64,000 bases of DNA. It comes from Microcystaceae cyanobacterium. GTDB taxonomy: Bacteria > Cyanobacteriota > Cyanobacteriia > Cyanobacteriales > Microcystaceae. The notes under the pieces were generated by a model, which did no database searches, was not told where the DNA came from, and saw only the letters and a program-made list of their open reading frames with translations. The translations under genes were made by a program, and so were the position numbers. The stretch lies in NCBI GenBank assembly GCA_041746575.1, contig JBGTGT010000121.1, positions 32,001 through 96,000 on the forward strand. Direction: 5' to 3'. Of the stretch, positions 19,824 through 29,722 are shown one piece after another. Each line of letters begins with the position of its first letter. The first letter of the stretch is position 1.

Positions 19824-20672
19824 TTATGGATTAGAGACATCAAAAGTATTACAGGCATCGGGATTTCCGGTACTTAGCCCTTTTTGAAACCAGCGTACCC
19901 GTTGCGCCGAACTGCCGTGGGTAAAGGCATCCGGTCGAACATATCCTTTAGCTTGTCTTTGAAGTTGGTCATCTCCAATATTAGCGGCGGCGTTCATTGC
20001 TTCTTCAATATCGCCCGGTTCAAGGGTTTGACGACTGCGATCGGAATGATAAGCCCATACCCCAGCAAAACAATCTGCCTGTAATTCTAAGCGAACTGAA
20101 AGCTGATTGCCTTGTACTTTACCGGTGCGTTGCTGAGCAGAATGGACTTGTTGAGAAATGCCGAGAAGGGTTTGGACGTGGTGGCCAATTTCATGGGCAA
20201 TGACATACGCTTGGGCGAAATCTCCCGGCGAATTGTGACGGTTCTTTAATTGTTGGAAAAAGCTAGTATCTAGATAAACTTTGCGGTCATTGGGACAATA
20301 AAAAGGACCCATCGCCGCTTGGGCAAATCCACAAGCTGATTGAACTGCCCCTGAAAACAAAACTAATTTGGGTTCTTGGTATCTTAAACCCGATTGACGG
20401 AAGATCCCTTGCCAAGTGTCTTCCGTATCTGCTAAAACCACTTTAACGAAATCGGTAGTTTGGTCGGAAACGGGCGAATCTTGGGCTGAATTTGAAGTAG
20501 GTGCGTTTGTTACAGGGGCTTGCTGTAAAATAACACTGGGGTCAATCCCTAAAAATAAGGCCGCCAAAACCAAAAGAACAGTGCCAATTCCTCCACCAAC
20601 AGCCACCGTTCCTGACCCCATGCCTCGTCTATCTTCAACGTTGTCGCTTTTGCGACCCATTTGCCAACGCAT
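19824..20672 (-). CDS. Neutral zinc metallopeptidase, YpfJ family
   Basis: SDNVEDRRG, GPFYCP, AHEIGHHVQ, ELQADC and FTHGSS motifs. Confidence 0.9.
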   Translation of the reverse strand: MRWQMGRKSDNVEDRRGMGSGTVAVGGGIGTVLLVLAALFLGIDPSVILQQAPVTNAPTSNSAQDSPVSDQTTDFVKVVLADTEDTWQGIFRQSGLRYQEPKLVLFSGAVQSACGFAQAAMGPFYCPNDRKVYLDTSFFQQLKNRHNSPGDFAQAYVIAHEIGHHVQTLLGISQQVHSAQQRTGKVQGNQLSVRLELQADCFAGVWAYHSDRSRQTLEPGDIEEAMNAAANIGDDQLQRQAKGYVRPDAFTHGSSAQRVRWFQKGLSTGNPDACNTFDVSNP

Positions 20673-20765
20673 AAGTTCCCACCCTTTACTGAAAAGTTTC
20701 CCTACATTATAAAAGTGATTTTTCGGAAATCTACGGCAAAATAAAAAAAGATTTACTCATTTAAA

Positions 20766-21344
20766 GTGATGGCTAAGGGGAAAAAACACGATCTACGCTG
20801 GATCAAAAAAACGGTTAAGCTAGAAGAGGGACACAATTGGCAGTCTCAACCAGATTCTCAGATTTTTGTGGCAGGAAGGGGCGCATTACGCTTTGATGTT
20901 CCGCAAAATTGGCACTTAGAACCCAAAGAAGATTCTTTTCGCTTTTCAGACAAAAAACCGCCCGATGATAATTGCTGTCTAGAAGCTTCTTTCAATTTAT
21001 TGCCTCCCAATGACTGGTCAGATTTTCCCTTAATTCCACTTTTAAAAAAAATAGTCAAAGATGATTCTCGTCATCCGATTGAAACGGGAAAAGTCATTCA
21101 CCTAAAACGACAAACAGCGCGAATTGTTTGGACAGAAATTAAGTTTATTGACCCTCACGAAAATCGTCCTGCTTATTCTCGCATTGCCGTTGGTTTAGGG
21201 TCTGGCGTGCAATGTTTAATTACCTTTGACTATTGGGAAGATGAAGCCGAACCATTAACGCCTATTTGGGATAAAGTAATGAACTCTTTGGTGCTAGGTT
21301 TATTTATCCGTGACCCTAGAACGGGATTTGCTTATCCTGATTAA
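20766..21344 (+). CDS. Conserved hypothetical protein (possibly PsbP/Mog1-like fold)
   Basis: 192-aa ORF; the RFDVPQNW strand-turn pattern is only a weak fold hint. Confidence 0.65.
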   Translation: MMAKGKKHDLRWIKKTVKLEEGHNWQSQPDSQIFVAGRGALRFDVPQNWHLEPKEDSFRFSDKKPPDDNCCLEASFNLLPPNDWSDFPLIPLLKKIVKDDSRHPIETGKVIHLKRQTARIVWTEIKFIDPHENRPAYSRIAVGLGSGVQCLITFDYWEDEAEPLTPIWDKVMNSLVLGLFIRDPRTGFAYPD

Positions 21345-21417
21345 ATGTCGCAAAACGTTGTAAGGCAACACCTGACATGTCCAGACCTTTTTACCGACAA
21401 AACCTTAAATTAAACGG

Positions 21418-22359
21418 TTAAACAGTTGCTGTATCCTTATCTATATCCACTGCTGGTAAGGCATGAGGCATTTTAAGTTTAGGTAAAAATTGACGAATTA
21501 GACCAATGGTAACGGCAGGCAGTTCCAATTGAGGCGTAAAGCCCACATCGTCTAATTCGTATAGAATGCGAATGGCATTGGGATTCATCTGCTGAAGACG
21601 ACGACCGACTTCAGGCCCTGTATATTCAGATTTTCGACCCCATATTAAAGCCGTGGGAACCGATAACTGACAAATAGATTCGGTGAGATCAAAGCAAAGA
21701 TCTCCTCGTACAAACGATAAGGCGGCATATTCAGCATTAGGTTGCTGCGCTGATTGTAAATAAGCTTCCACTATTTCAGGGTACACTCTTTCTTTACGAG
21801 CAAATTGACGCTCTTCTAAAAAGCGACTAATGCCGAAAGCGGTCGCAATACCTGTACTGTAAAGTAAACGGTCAATAATTGGGGTTCCTGCTAGCTGGGT
21901 AAAGAAATTGTCTTGATAATCCTTACTCAATTCATTTAATCCAGCCGCCGTGACTAAAATCAAGGATTTGAATCTTTCTGGATTAGCGATCGCCACTCGA
22001 AGGGTAAAAGCAGCTGTTAATCCAGACGCAATAACGGTCATCGGAGTTTGGCAGGTTTGAGCTAAAAATTCGGCAATCGTTGTCGTATAGTCTTGAATTT
22101 GATAGTTGCGTTCTGGATGTTCTGAACGACCCCAACCTAGCATATCAGGGGCAAGGATGCGGTATTCTGAGGCAAATGCAGGATAAACTTTTGACCATTC
22201 ATAAGCGGAAGAACCACCTCCCAAACCATGTAAAAAAACGAATGTTTCTTGAGAATTGGCTTGATTATTCTGCCAAGGTGCTTGATCATTGGTATAGTAA
22301 GTCAGTCTGCCTAAACGGGTTTGAATATTATTTTGACTAAAACCAAGGGGGATAAACAT
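21418..22359 (-). CDS. Alpha/beta hydrolase-fold protein
   Basis: VFLHGLGGG, APDMLGWGRS and LIWG motifs. Start placed at ATG 22359. Confidence 0.85.
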   Translation of the reverse strand: MFIPLGFSQNNIQTRLGRLTYYTNDQAPWQNNQANSQETFVFLHGLGGGSSAYEWSKVYPAFASEYRILAPDMLGWGRSEHPERNYQIQDYTTTIAEFLAQTCQTPMTVIASGLTAAFTLRVAIANPERFKSLILVTAAGLNELSKDYQDNFFTQLAGTPIIDRLLYSTGIATAFGISRFLEERQFARKERVYPEIVEAYLQSAQQPNAEYAALSFVRGDLCFDLTESICQLSVPTALIWGRKSEYTGPEVGRRLQQMNPNAIRILYELDDVGFTPQLELPAVTIGLIRQFLPKLKMPHALPAVDIDKDTATV

Positions 22360-22540
22360 AGCGCACTCTCTGGTTAATTTTGCAATGAAAATTTTGGTTA
22401 TTTTCATGTACTTTAAAGATGAAGTAATTGATCATTATTTCCATCTCTCTGTAGAAAGAAATGATCAATTTTTGCAGAAGTTGAAAAGTCAATAGTCCCA
22501 ATAATAGTCATTGCAATCGTTTAAAATTGCTCATGGATAT

Positions 22541-23767
22541 TTATTGAGGATGACCGCATTTTTTACAATAACCTAACTCTTTATAGGTTAATCTATGACA
22601 GTGAGAACATTCTGTATATTGATGATAACCACAATGAGGACAATAAACATCTTGGGAACGAATTTTCTTTGCGCAGTGGAGACAACGCATTTTTTGAAAG
22701 CGATTGGTGATTTGATTTTTACGGTTGAAAATAAAAATTTGTGACAGTTTGATAATACCAAAACCGAGAAGTGGAACCAAGAGAATATATATGTATCTAA
22801 CTAAAAAGGAAAGTCGTCCTAAGATTTTGCGAATAGTATTCAGTAGAAAATTTAAAATGACATCCAATTGAATAAATTCAAAAATCTTAAAAATTAGAGG
22901 AATAAAAAAGATAATAAGTAAGTGCCAAGTGATTAATTCAATTAGCCCATATCCTTTACTTTGAGCAAAAAGATAAATTCCTAGAGCAAATAATATTAAA
23001 GGAATCAAAAAGAGAAGTTGAAAAAGAAGTTGAATCATTGGATGCCAAAAAGAAGCTTTCTGATAGCCATTTTCAACAAGATTAAATTGAGTTTTATTAT
23101 TGAGGAAGTTGAGAAATGAGATATTTGTATTGATATTTAGAAGTTGTTTTTTCTGCGCTTCAGTTTCCTGTTGAAGGTTGGTTATTTTGCGTTGATTGCT
23201 TTCGATTTGTGCTTGTGCTTTTTCGGCACTGACGTTATTGATAGATTGCGCTCTTTTTTGACCTGCAATTTTTTCTAAAAGGGTTGAATCATACTGGGAG
23301 CGAATCGTACGATTTTCTTTTTCTAATTGACTTATCTGTTCTTGTTTTTGTTGAATGAGTTCGAGTTTTTTTTGATTGTTTTGATGATTGATTTGATCTT
23401 GATATCTGGCGTATTTTAAACAAATTTCGCTTACTTCGCCTAATTGATTGGTAGCCGCTTGTCGGTAAGTATCTTCAAGGTTAAATGATTTTCTGCTTGA
23501 ATTCATCAAGCTCCTTTTGATTTTATCAAACGCTCTATTAGGCTCTGTTGATTGACGGTAATCTTTCCATTCGCGATAACAAGGGTAAGCTTGAGAAGGA
23601 CTTAAATGCCACGTACTGATTTCCTGTAGTCCTGCAAAAACATGGGTTAAAATAAAGATATCAATGAGAACAATGACAACAATACTGACTTTATTGAGAG
23701 GTTCATTGTTGATCGTGCGAGAACGATTAAAAAATTGTTGAAACCAACGACGAATCGATGTAAACAT
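22541..23767 (-). CDS. Membrane protein with coiled-coil loop and C-terminal double zinc ribbon
   Basis: Several hydrophobic segments, a Q/K-rich coiled coil, and four CxxC pairs (CLHC, CPHC, CSHC, CKKC). Confidence 0.8.
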   Translation of the reverse strand: MFTSIRRWFQQFFNRSRTINNEPLNKVSIVVIVLIDIFILTHVFAGLQEISTWHLSPSQAYPCYREWKDYRQSTEPNRAFDKIKRSLMNSSRKSFNLEDTYRQAATNQLGEVSEICLKYARYQDQINHQNNQKKLELIQQKQEQISQLEKENRTIRSQYDSTLLEKIAGQKRAQSINNVSAEKAQAQIESNQRKITNLQQETEAQKKQLLNINTNISFLNFLNNKTQFNLVENGYQKASFWHPMIQLLFQLLFLIPLILFALGIYLFAQSKGYGLIELITWHLLIIFFIPLIFKIFEFIQLDVILNFLLNTIRKILGRLSFLVRYIYILLVPLLGFGIIKLSQIFIFNRKNQITNRFQKMRCLHCAKKIRSQDVYCPHCGYHQYTECSHCHRLTYKELGYCKKCGHPQ

Positions 23768-23893
23768 TAAAGCTTAACCCCCAGACTCTATTCCATAAGA
23801 TGGACAAAATTAAAAGACAAAAAATCTATCATGGTGCGTTGAAAATCATTTATAATTTATAAATCCCTCTTCATCATTTTAAAGGAGTAAGTT

Positions 23894-25582
23894 ATCGAAA
23901 CGATCTATGGAAATTTACAAGGACTAAAACCCAGTCAACTTAAACAACTTCAACGACTTTATCATCAAAAACAAATAGGCGATCGCTTAACTTCCGCAGA
24001 CTTTGCTGAACGTTTAGCCGCTATCAGTACAGATATTAAACAACCGATCTGTGTCTATATTAACCGCCGAGGTCAAGTGATTCGGGTTGGTATCGGTACT
24101 CCTCGTCAAACCCAAATTCCTCCCTTAGAATTGCCGCGATACGGTGCAGAACGTCTCTGTGGAATTCGTTGTATCGCCACCCAATTAAAACCTGACCCCC
24201 CTACTGTATCAAGTTTAACCGCTATGGTATTACAGCGTCTAGATGGGCTGGTAACTCTCACCTTAACGGGGAGTGGTAAAGAACGACGAGGCGGTGGCAG
24301 GACAGGTTATGTCGAAAATGCTTATTTCGCTCATTTGTTGCCGCACAAAGACGGAAATAACGAAGATATTCATGAATACTGCACGGTTTCGGAGGCATTA
24401 ACCCTTGAGTCCTTAAATGAACAGGATTTTTTGGCGTTCGTCGAAGGATTAGAAGCGGAATTCCAACGAGAATTTCTAGGGCAAAAAGTCGATATTGAGC
24501 AAGATAGAGTCATTATCGTCGGTCTTCAGAGACAATCTACCCCAGAAGACCAATTTCAGACGCAGATGCAAGAATTATCTCGCCTAGTTGACACGGCAGG
24601 GGGAGAAGTCCTGACCACCCTCACCCAAAAGCGTTCTGCTTCCCACCCACAAACAGTGGTAGGAAAGGGTAAAATTCAGGAAATTGCCTTACAAGTTCAG
24701 ACATTAGGCGCAAATTTGGTCGTATTTGACCATGATCTTTCCCCGACTCAAGCCCGAAATCTGGAAAATCAGCTGGGTGTTAGTGTCGTTGACCGTACTG
24801 AAGTGATTTTAGATATTTTTGCTCAGCGCGCTCAATCTAGAGCAGGTAAGCTTCAAGTTGAATTGGCACAACTAGAATATAAACTTCCTCGCTTAACCGG
24901 AAGAGGCCGAGCCATGTCCCGTCTAGGGGGAGGCATCGGCACGAGAGGTCCAGGAGAAACCAAGCTAGAAACAGAAAAAAGGACAATTAGTCGTCGAATT
25001 AGCCGCTTACAACAAGAAGTCAACCAACTACAAGCTCATCGCTCTCGTTTACGGCAACAAAGGCAAGATAACGATATTCCTACCATTGCCATCGTCGGCT
25101 ATACTAATGCGGGTAAATCGACTCTAATCAATGCCTTGACAAATTCGTCGGTTTATACAGCTGATCAATTATTCGCCACCTTAGATCCCACCACGCGCCG
25201 TCTCTCGATTCCTATCCCTTCGACGGGAGAGCCAAAAACAGTATTATTGACCGATACGGTGGGTTTTATTCATGAATTGCCCCCCTCCCTCGTAGATGCC
25301 TTCCGTGCAACCTTAGAAGAAGTCACAGAAGCAGATGCGTTGCTTCACGTTGTAGATCTTTCTCATCCGGCTTGGCAACAACAAATTACAGATGTGACAG
25401 AGATTTTGGACGATATCTTATTATTTAATGAGGATATTCTCCTAGCTTTTAATAAAATTGATCGAGTCGAGGGAGAGACCTTAGATAGAGCAAAAATGCT
25501 CTTTCCAAAAGCGGTTTTTATGTCCGCTAGTTGTCGCTATGGATTAGAAACCTTAAGACAAAGATTAGGAGAAATAGAGTAA
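23894..25582 (+). CDS. hflX: GTPase HflX (inferred ATC start)
   Basis: GYTNAGKST, LFATLDPT, DTVGFI, NKID and GGGIGTRGPGE motifs. The frame is open upstream of 24077 back to an in-frame TAA at 23888, with AGGAG at 23883-23887. Confidence 0.9.
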   Translation: METIYGNLQGLKPSQLKQLQRLYHQKQIGDRLTSADFAERLAAISTDIKQPICVYINRRGQVIRVGIGTPRQTQIPPLELPRYGAERLCGIRCIATQLKPDPPTVSSLTAMVLQRLDGLVTLTLTGSGKERRGGGRTGYVENAYFAHLLPHKDGNNEDIHEYCTVSEALTLESLNEQDFLAFVEGLEAEFQREFLGQKVDIEQDRVIIVGLQRQSTPEDQFQTQMQELSRLVDTAGGEVLTTLTQKRSASHPQTVVGKGKIQEIALQVQTLGANLVVFDHDLSPTQARNLENQLGVSVVDRTEVILDIFAQRAQSRAGKLQVELAQLEYKLPRLTGRGRAMSRLGGGIGTRGPGETKLETEKRTISRRISRLQQEVNQLQAHRSRLRQQRQDNDIPTIAIVGYTNAGKSTLINALTNSSVYTADQLFATLDPTTRRLSIPIPSTGEPKTVLLTDTVGFIHELPPSLVDAFRATLEEVTEADALLHVVDLSHPAWQQQITDVTEILDDILLFNEDILLAFNKIDRVEGETLDRAKMLFPKAVFMSASCRYGLETLRQRLGEIE

Positions 25583-25703
25583 AATTCAGGACAAAGGAAG
25601 CAGAATAGAAAAATTTCAAATGAGCGGTTGTCCGTTTCAATAATCTATGCTACCGTTCTCTTCTTTTTAACACCTATTTAAAGGCGTGTCAATTTATAGA
25701 TCA

Positions 25704-27023
25704 ATGTACCCTAAAATTGTGGCTTATTCTTATACCAATCCTTTACTCGCGTCTCCTCCTAATTCAGCAATATGGGGATGGGAAATTGAGCAAATTTATC
25801 AAGACGTTGGACAGCGACAGCAATACTATCAACTCTTACAAGATTGTCAAATTGATCCTCCTCAGTATTTATTAATTCGTCGCTTAGATGAATTGGGTAA
25901 CACCTTAGTAGAAATCCAAAAAAACGTGTCTTTATTGGAATCTTTTAATATCGAAATTATTGCAATTGAGCAAGATTATTATTCATCTCAGTTTAAAGAG
26001 CAGGATTCTGTAAAGATAAGAGAAAAGTTAAGTCAGCTTTCGCAAGAAATTACGGATAACCAGTATAAAAACCGCTTAAAAGAAGGTCATGCCAAAAATC
26101 GAATTCAATTCTTACCTCCCCCCGGAAAAGCACCCTATGGGTATCGTAGAGGTCAAGATCGTTATATTATTGACCGAAGCACTTCACCTATTGTTAAAGC
26201 CTTTTTTGACCACTTTCTTCTCTTTGGCAATTTAAGAGATGCTGTTCGATTTATTGAAAAAAAATACAATAAAAAAGTTTCCGTTTCAACCGCAAAAAAA
26301 TGGTTAACGCATCCTGTTTATCGGGGAAATATAGGATATAAAAACAAGGAAATTATTCCTGACACTCATCTTTCTATTTTATCGAGAGAAGAAGCGGCAC
26401 AAATTGATCGATTATTACGACGAAATTGTCAATTTTCGCCTCGAAATGCCAGCGCGCCTCGTTCTTTGGCTGGATTAGTGACTTGTCAAAACTGTCAAGC
26501 TAAAATGAATATTATTCGAGTCCGTCCTTCCTCCCAATCAACCGAATATCTTTATCTACGCTCAACTGATTGTCCGTTGAAACCGAAATGTAAAGCAATT
26601 ACTTATCAAACCTTTTTAGAGAAAACAATTCAAAAAATCTGTTGTGAATTACCCCAAGAAGTGGCAAAATTACAATTACCCAATATTACCTTAATTAAAA
26701 CTCACTTAGAAACGGCGATCGCTCAAAAACAAGAAATGATTCAAACCGTTCAATCGCTTCAAGAACAAGGTATCTTAGATCCAGAAACGACGCAATTAAG
26801 AATTTATAAAATCAAGACTGAAATTGCTCAATTAAAATTCCAAGTTGACCAATTACCCCCTGAAAATTTGATCCGCCTTACGCAAGATGTTGCCTTAGAA
26901 GAATTTTGGCTTGACTTATCTGAATCCGAAAGACGGTTTTATTTCCGAGAGTTCATTAAATCTATTGAAATTATCCGAGAAAATCAGCAAACTTTTGAGT
27001 TAAGATTGCAATTTGTTTTCTAA
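25704..27023 (+). CDS. Large serine recombinase-like protein (recombinase domain plus Zn ribbon)
   Basis: PPGKAPYGY, L.HPVYRG, TH.SILS.E and LAGLVTC..C motifs. The N-terminal catalytic motif looks degenerate. Confidence 0.8.
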   Translation: MYPKIVAYSYTNPLLASPPNSAIWGWEIEQIYQDVGQRQQYYQLLQDCQIDPPQYLLIRRLDELGNTLVEIQKNVSLLESFNIEIIAIEQDYYSSQFKEQDSVKIREKLSQLSQEITDNQYKNRLKEGHAKNRIQFLPPPGKAPYGYRRGQDRYIIDRSTSPIVKAFFDHFLLFGNLRDAVRFIEKKYNKKVSVSTAKKWLTHPVYRGNIGYKNKEIIPDTHLSILSREEAAQIDRLLRRNCQFSPRNASAPRSLAGLVTCQNCQAKMNIIRVRPSSQSTEYLYLRSTDCPLKPKCKAITYQTFLEKTIQKICCELPQEVAKLQLPNITLIKTHLETAIAQKQEMIQTVQSLQEQGILDPETTQLRIYKIKTEIAQLKFQVDQLPPENLIRLTQDVALEEFWLDLSESERRFYFREFIKSIEIIRENQQTFELRLQFVF

Positions 27024-27377
27024 TTGATTGACTCTGATTTCTAAATCTCTAACTTTTTCCTTTAATTCGATTAATAAAGTAGCAAATCGTTCCATCAAGG
27101 GGTCACTTCGCCCAATTAATTCACCGTCGATTACTTGGGGAAAAACGTTAGTATTGGGATTGACAGAAGGCGCAGATGAACCCGATGAAGATTGCTGTAA
27201 ACGCCGGACATTAGCTTCAAGAGAACGGATTCTCACCTCCAAACTTCTTAGATCTGATCTTAAAATACTTTGAGGATCTAAAGCCATACTTGGCGTTAAA
27301 TTGCTTAATACCCATAAGACCAAAAGAAGCAGAATAATACTCACAATCGATCTAACTTTTTTAAAAAAAGGACTCAT
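27000..27377 (-). CDS. Exported coiled-coil hypothetical protein
   Basis: Signal-peptide-like N-terminus; DP.MERFATLLIELKE segment. Confidence 0.7.
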   Translation of the reverse strand: MSPFFKKVRSIVSIILLLLVLWVLSNLTPSMALDPQSILRSDLRSLEVRIRSLEANVRRLQQSSSGSSAPSVNPNTNVFPQVIDGELIGRSDPLMERFATLLIELKEKVRDLEIRVNQLENKLQS

Positions 27378-27488
27378 CTTAGTGCTATCAGTTCAACTAT
27401 TAATCATTATATCAAGGGTCTTAATTCTTAAAAGAATCAGCACAAAAAATGTTACCCTGTAAAAAGCATTAAACCTATCAAAATTTTT

Positions 27489-28505
27489 ATGAATCGTGCA
27501 ATTGCGAGAATTTTGGATGCAAATTTAGATAGAGCCAGAGAAGGTGTAAGAATTATCGAAGAATGGTGTCGTTTTGCTTTAAATAATCCAGAACTAGCTG
27601 ATAAGTGTAAACAGATGCGCCAAGCGATCGCACAATGGCATACGCTTGATCTCAAAATGGCCAGAGATACCCCCAACGATGCGGGAACGCAACTATCTCA
27701 TCCCCAAGAAGAAACGCGCCAGAGTATTGAGCATTTATTACAAGTTAACTGCGGACGATTACAAGAAGCCTTACGGGTGCTAGAAGAATATGGTAAACTT
27801 TATAAAATAGAAATGGGACAAGCCTTTAAAACCCTTCGTTATCAAGCTTATACTCTCGAAAGTGAACTTTTTATGGCAAATAATCTGCAAAATTTACCAC
27901 ACATTCCCCTTTATTTGGTTACTTCTCCCTCGGAAAATCTTTTGACGGTGGTTGAATCAGCCTTAAAAGGGGGACTGAAATTAGTGCAATATCGTGACAA
28001 AAATAGCGATGACGCCCTATGCTATCAAAATGCGCTCAAATTAAAAGAATTATGTTACAACTACAATGCGATATTCTTAGTTAATGATCGAGTCGATTTA
28101 GCCCTTGCCGTCAACGCAGATGGTGTCCATTTAGGACAGCGAGATCTCCCCATTGACGTTACCCGAAACTTATTAGGAAAAAACGCAATTATTGGACGTT
28201 CTACCACTAATCCAACTGAAATGACTAAAGCAGTGCAGGAAGGCGCAGACTATATCGGTGTTGGACCTGTTTACGCCACACCAACCAAAGCCGAAAAAAA
28301 ACCTGCCGGATTAGAATATGTACAGTATGCCGTCAAAAACTGCCCTATTCCTTGGTTTTGTGTAGGAGGAATTAATTTAGATAACCTCAGCATCGTCAAA
28401 CAGGCAGGAGGAAAACAATTCGCTGTTGTCCGAGCAATCATGGAAGCAGATAATCCCCAAAAGGTGACGGAGACATTTTTACAAGAATTAAGCACTATCT
28501 ATTAG
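27489..28505 (+). CDS. thiE: Thiamine-phosphate synthase (cyanobacterial long form)
   Basis: RILDANLDRAREG N-domain; QYRDK, NDRVDLA, GVHLGQ.D and GP.YATPTK motifs. Confidence 0.95.
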   Translation: MNRAIARILDANLDRAREGVRIIEEWCRFALNNPELADKCKQMRQAIAQWHTLDLKMARDTPNDAGTQLSHPQEETRQSIEHLLQVNCGRLQEALRVLEEYGKLYKIEMGQAFKTLRYQAYTLESELFMANNLQNLPHIPLYLVTSPSENLLTVVESALKGGLKLVQYRDKNSDDALCYQNALKLKELCYNYNAIFLVNDRVDLALAVNADGVHLGQRDLPIDVTRNLLGKNAIIGRSTTNPTEMTKAVQEGADYIGVGPVYATPTKAEKKPAGLEYVQYAVKNCPIPWFCVGGINLDNLSIVKQAGGKQFAVVRAIMEADNPQKVTETFLQELSTIY

Positions 28506-28599
28506 TCTGCTCAACCCTTAATTTTGGGTTATTTAATAATTAAAATTATCCCTAATATTTCCTGCTATACTAACGCTTAATTGAATCAAATTCAAGTTA

Positions 28600-29571
28600 A
28601 TGAGAAAAATGAATTTATTAAGTATTATTATACTATCTCTGTTGGGAATACTTTTGATGACCGAATTAGGATTGCGATTAATTGGGGGATTAGGTAAAAG
28701 GGTAACTTTCATACCAGATGAAGAAATTGGTTATTTATTAGCCCCCAATCAAAACGTGCGTCGTTTTGGCAAAACTACCCTCGTCAATCAGTATTCAATG
28801 CGAAGCGCATCCATAGAAAAAGAGCGTCCCAAAGATACTTTGCGGGTTTTAATGTTAGGAGATTCTATTATTAATGGGAATTGGTGGACTGACCAAAAAG
28901 CCGTACTTTCTGAAGTGATTGAAAAGCAAATTCATGCACCTAATTTTAAGCAAATTGAGGTCTTAAATGCCTCGGCTAATTCTTGGAATCCGCGCAATCA
29001 GATTGCCTATCTTAGACGATTTGGCACGTTTGATGCTCAGTTGATTATCCTTGTGATTAACACTGACGATTTGTCCGGACAAGCACCGACCTTTTTACCC
29101 GTTGGTAATGATTTAAACTATCCTGATAATCAGCCGAATTCTGCTATAGGCGAAATTTTAGAACGACAATTTTTTCCGCCGAAACAGGTTGTTATTCCTA
29201 AAGAGAAAATCGGTCTTAATAAGAAAAATTTAGAAGCAATTAAACAAATTAAAGAAGTCGCCAAACAATCTTCAGCAAAATTTATCCTTGCTATCACACC
29301 TTTACGCCGAGAAGCCACTGATAATCCTGAAAATTATGATAAAAGAGCGAGAAATCGTTTATATGATTGGGTCAAAGAAAATGAAGTTACTTTTATCAAT
29401 TTTTTGCCTATTTTTCAACAATATAACTCTCCTAATTCTCTGTACCGCGATCATATTCACCTCAGTCCACTCGGGGATGCAATTGTAGCGGATACCCTAA
29501 CGAAAGCGATTAATCAGCAATTCGTTAATCTCGTTCCCAACCCAAATAAAATAACCCAATCCGAAAAATAA
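28600..29571 (+). CDS. SGNH/GDSL hydrolase with N-terminal anchor
   Basis: LMLGDS, NTDD and D.IH (RDHIHL) motifs. Confidence 0.85.
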   Translation: MRKMNLLSIIILSLLGILLMTELGLRLIGGLGKRVTFIPDEEIGYLLAPNQNVRRFGKTTLVNQYSMRSASIEKERPKDTLRVLMLGDSIINGNWWTDQKAVLSEVIEKQIHAPNFKQIEVLNASANSWNPRNQIAYLRRFGTFDAQLIILVINTDDLSGQAPTFLPVGNDLNYPDNQPNSAIGEILERQFFPPKQVVIPKEKIGLNKKNLEAIKQIKEVAKQSSAKFILAITPLRREATDNPENYDKRARNRLYDWVKENEVTFINFLPIFQQYNSPNSLYRDHIHLSPLGDAIVADTLTKAINQQFVNLVPNPNKITQSEK

Positions 29572-29722
29572 ATCGGACAGAAATTGATCATTTATTAAAA
29601 TAATCATCCTAACATTTAATTTAAATGCCTCAGAATTTGTGTTTAATCTAATAGGATTTTTACAAAAGAACTCTACTTAATCGTATAATATTTAATATAA
29701 AACGCCCTATATAACTGAATCT

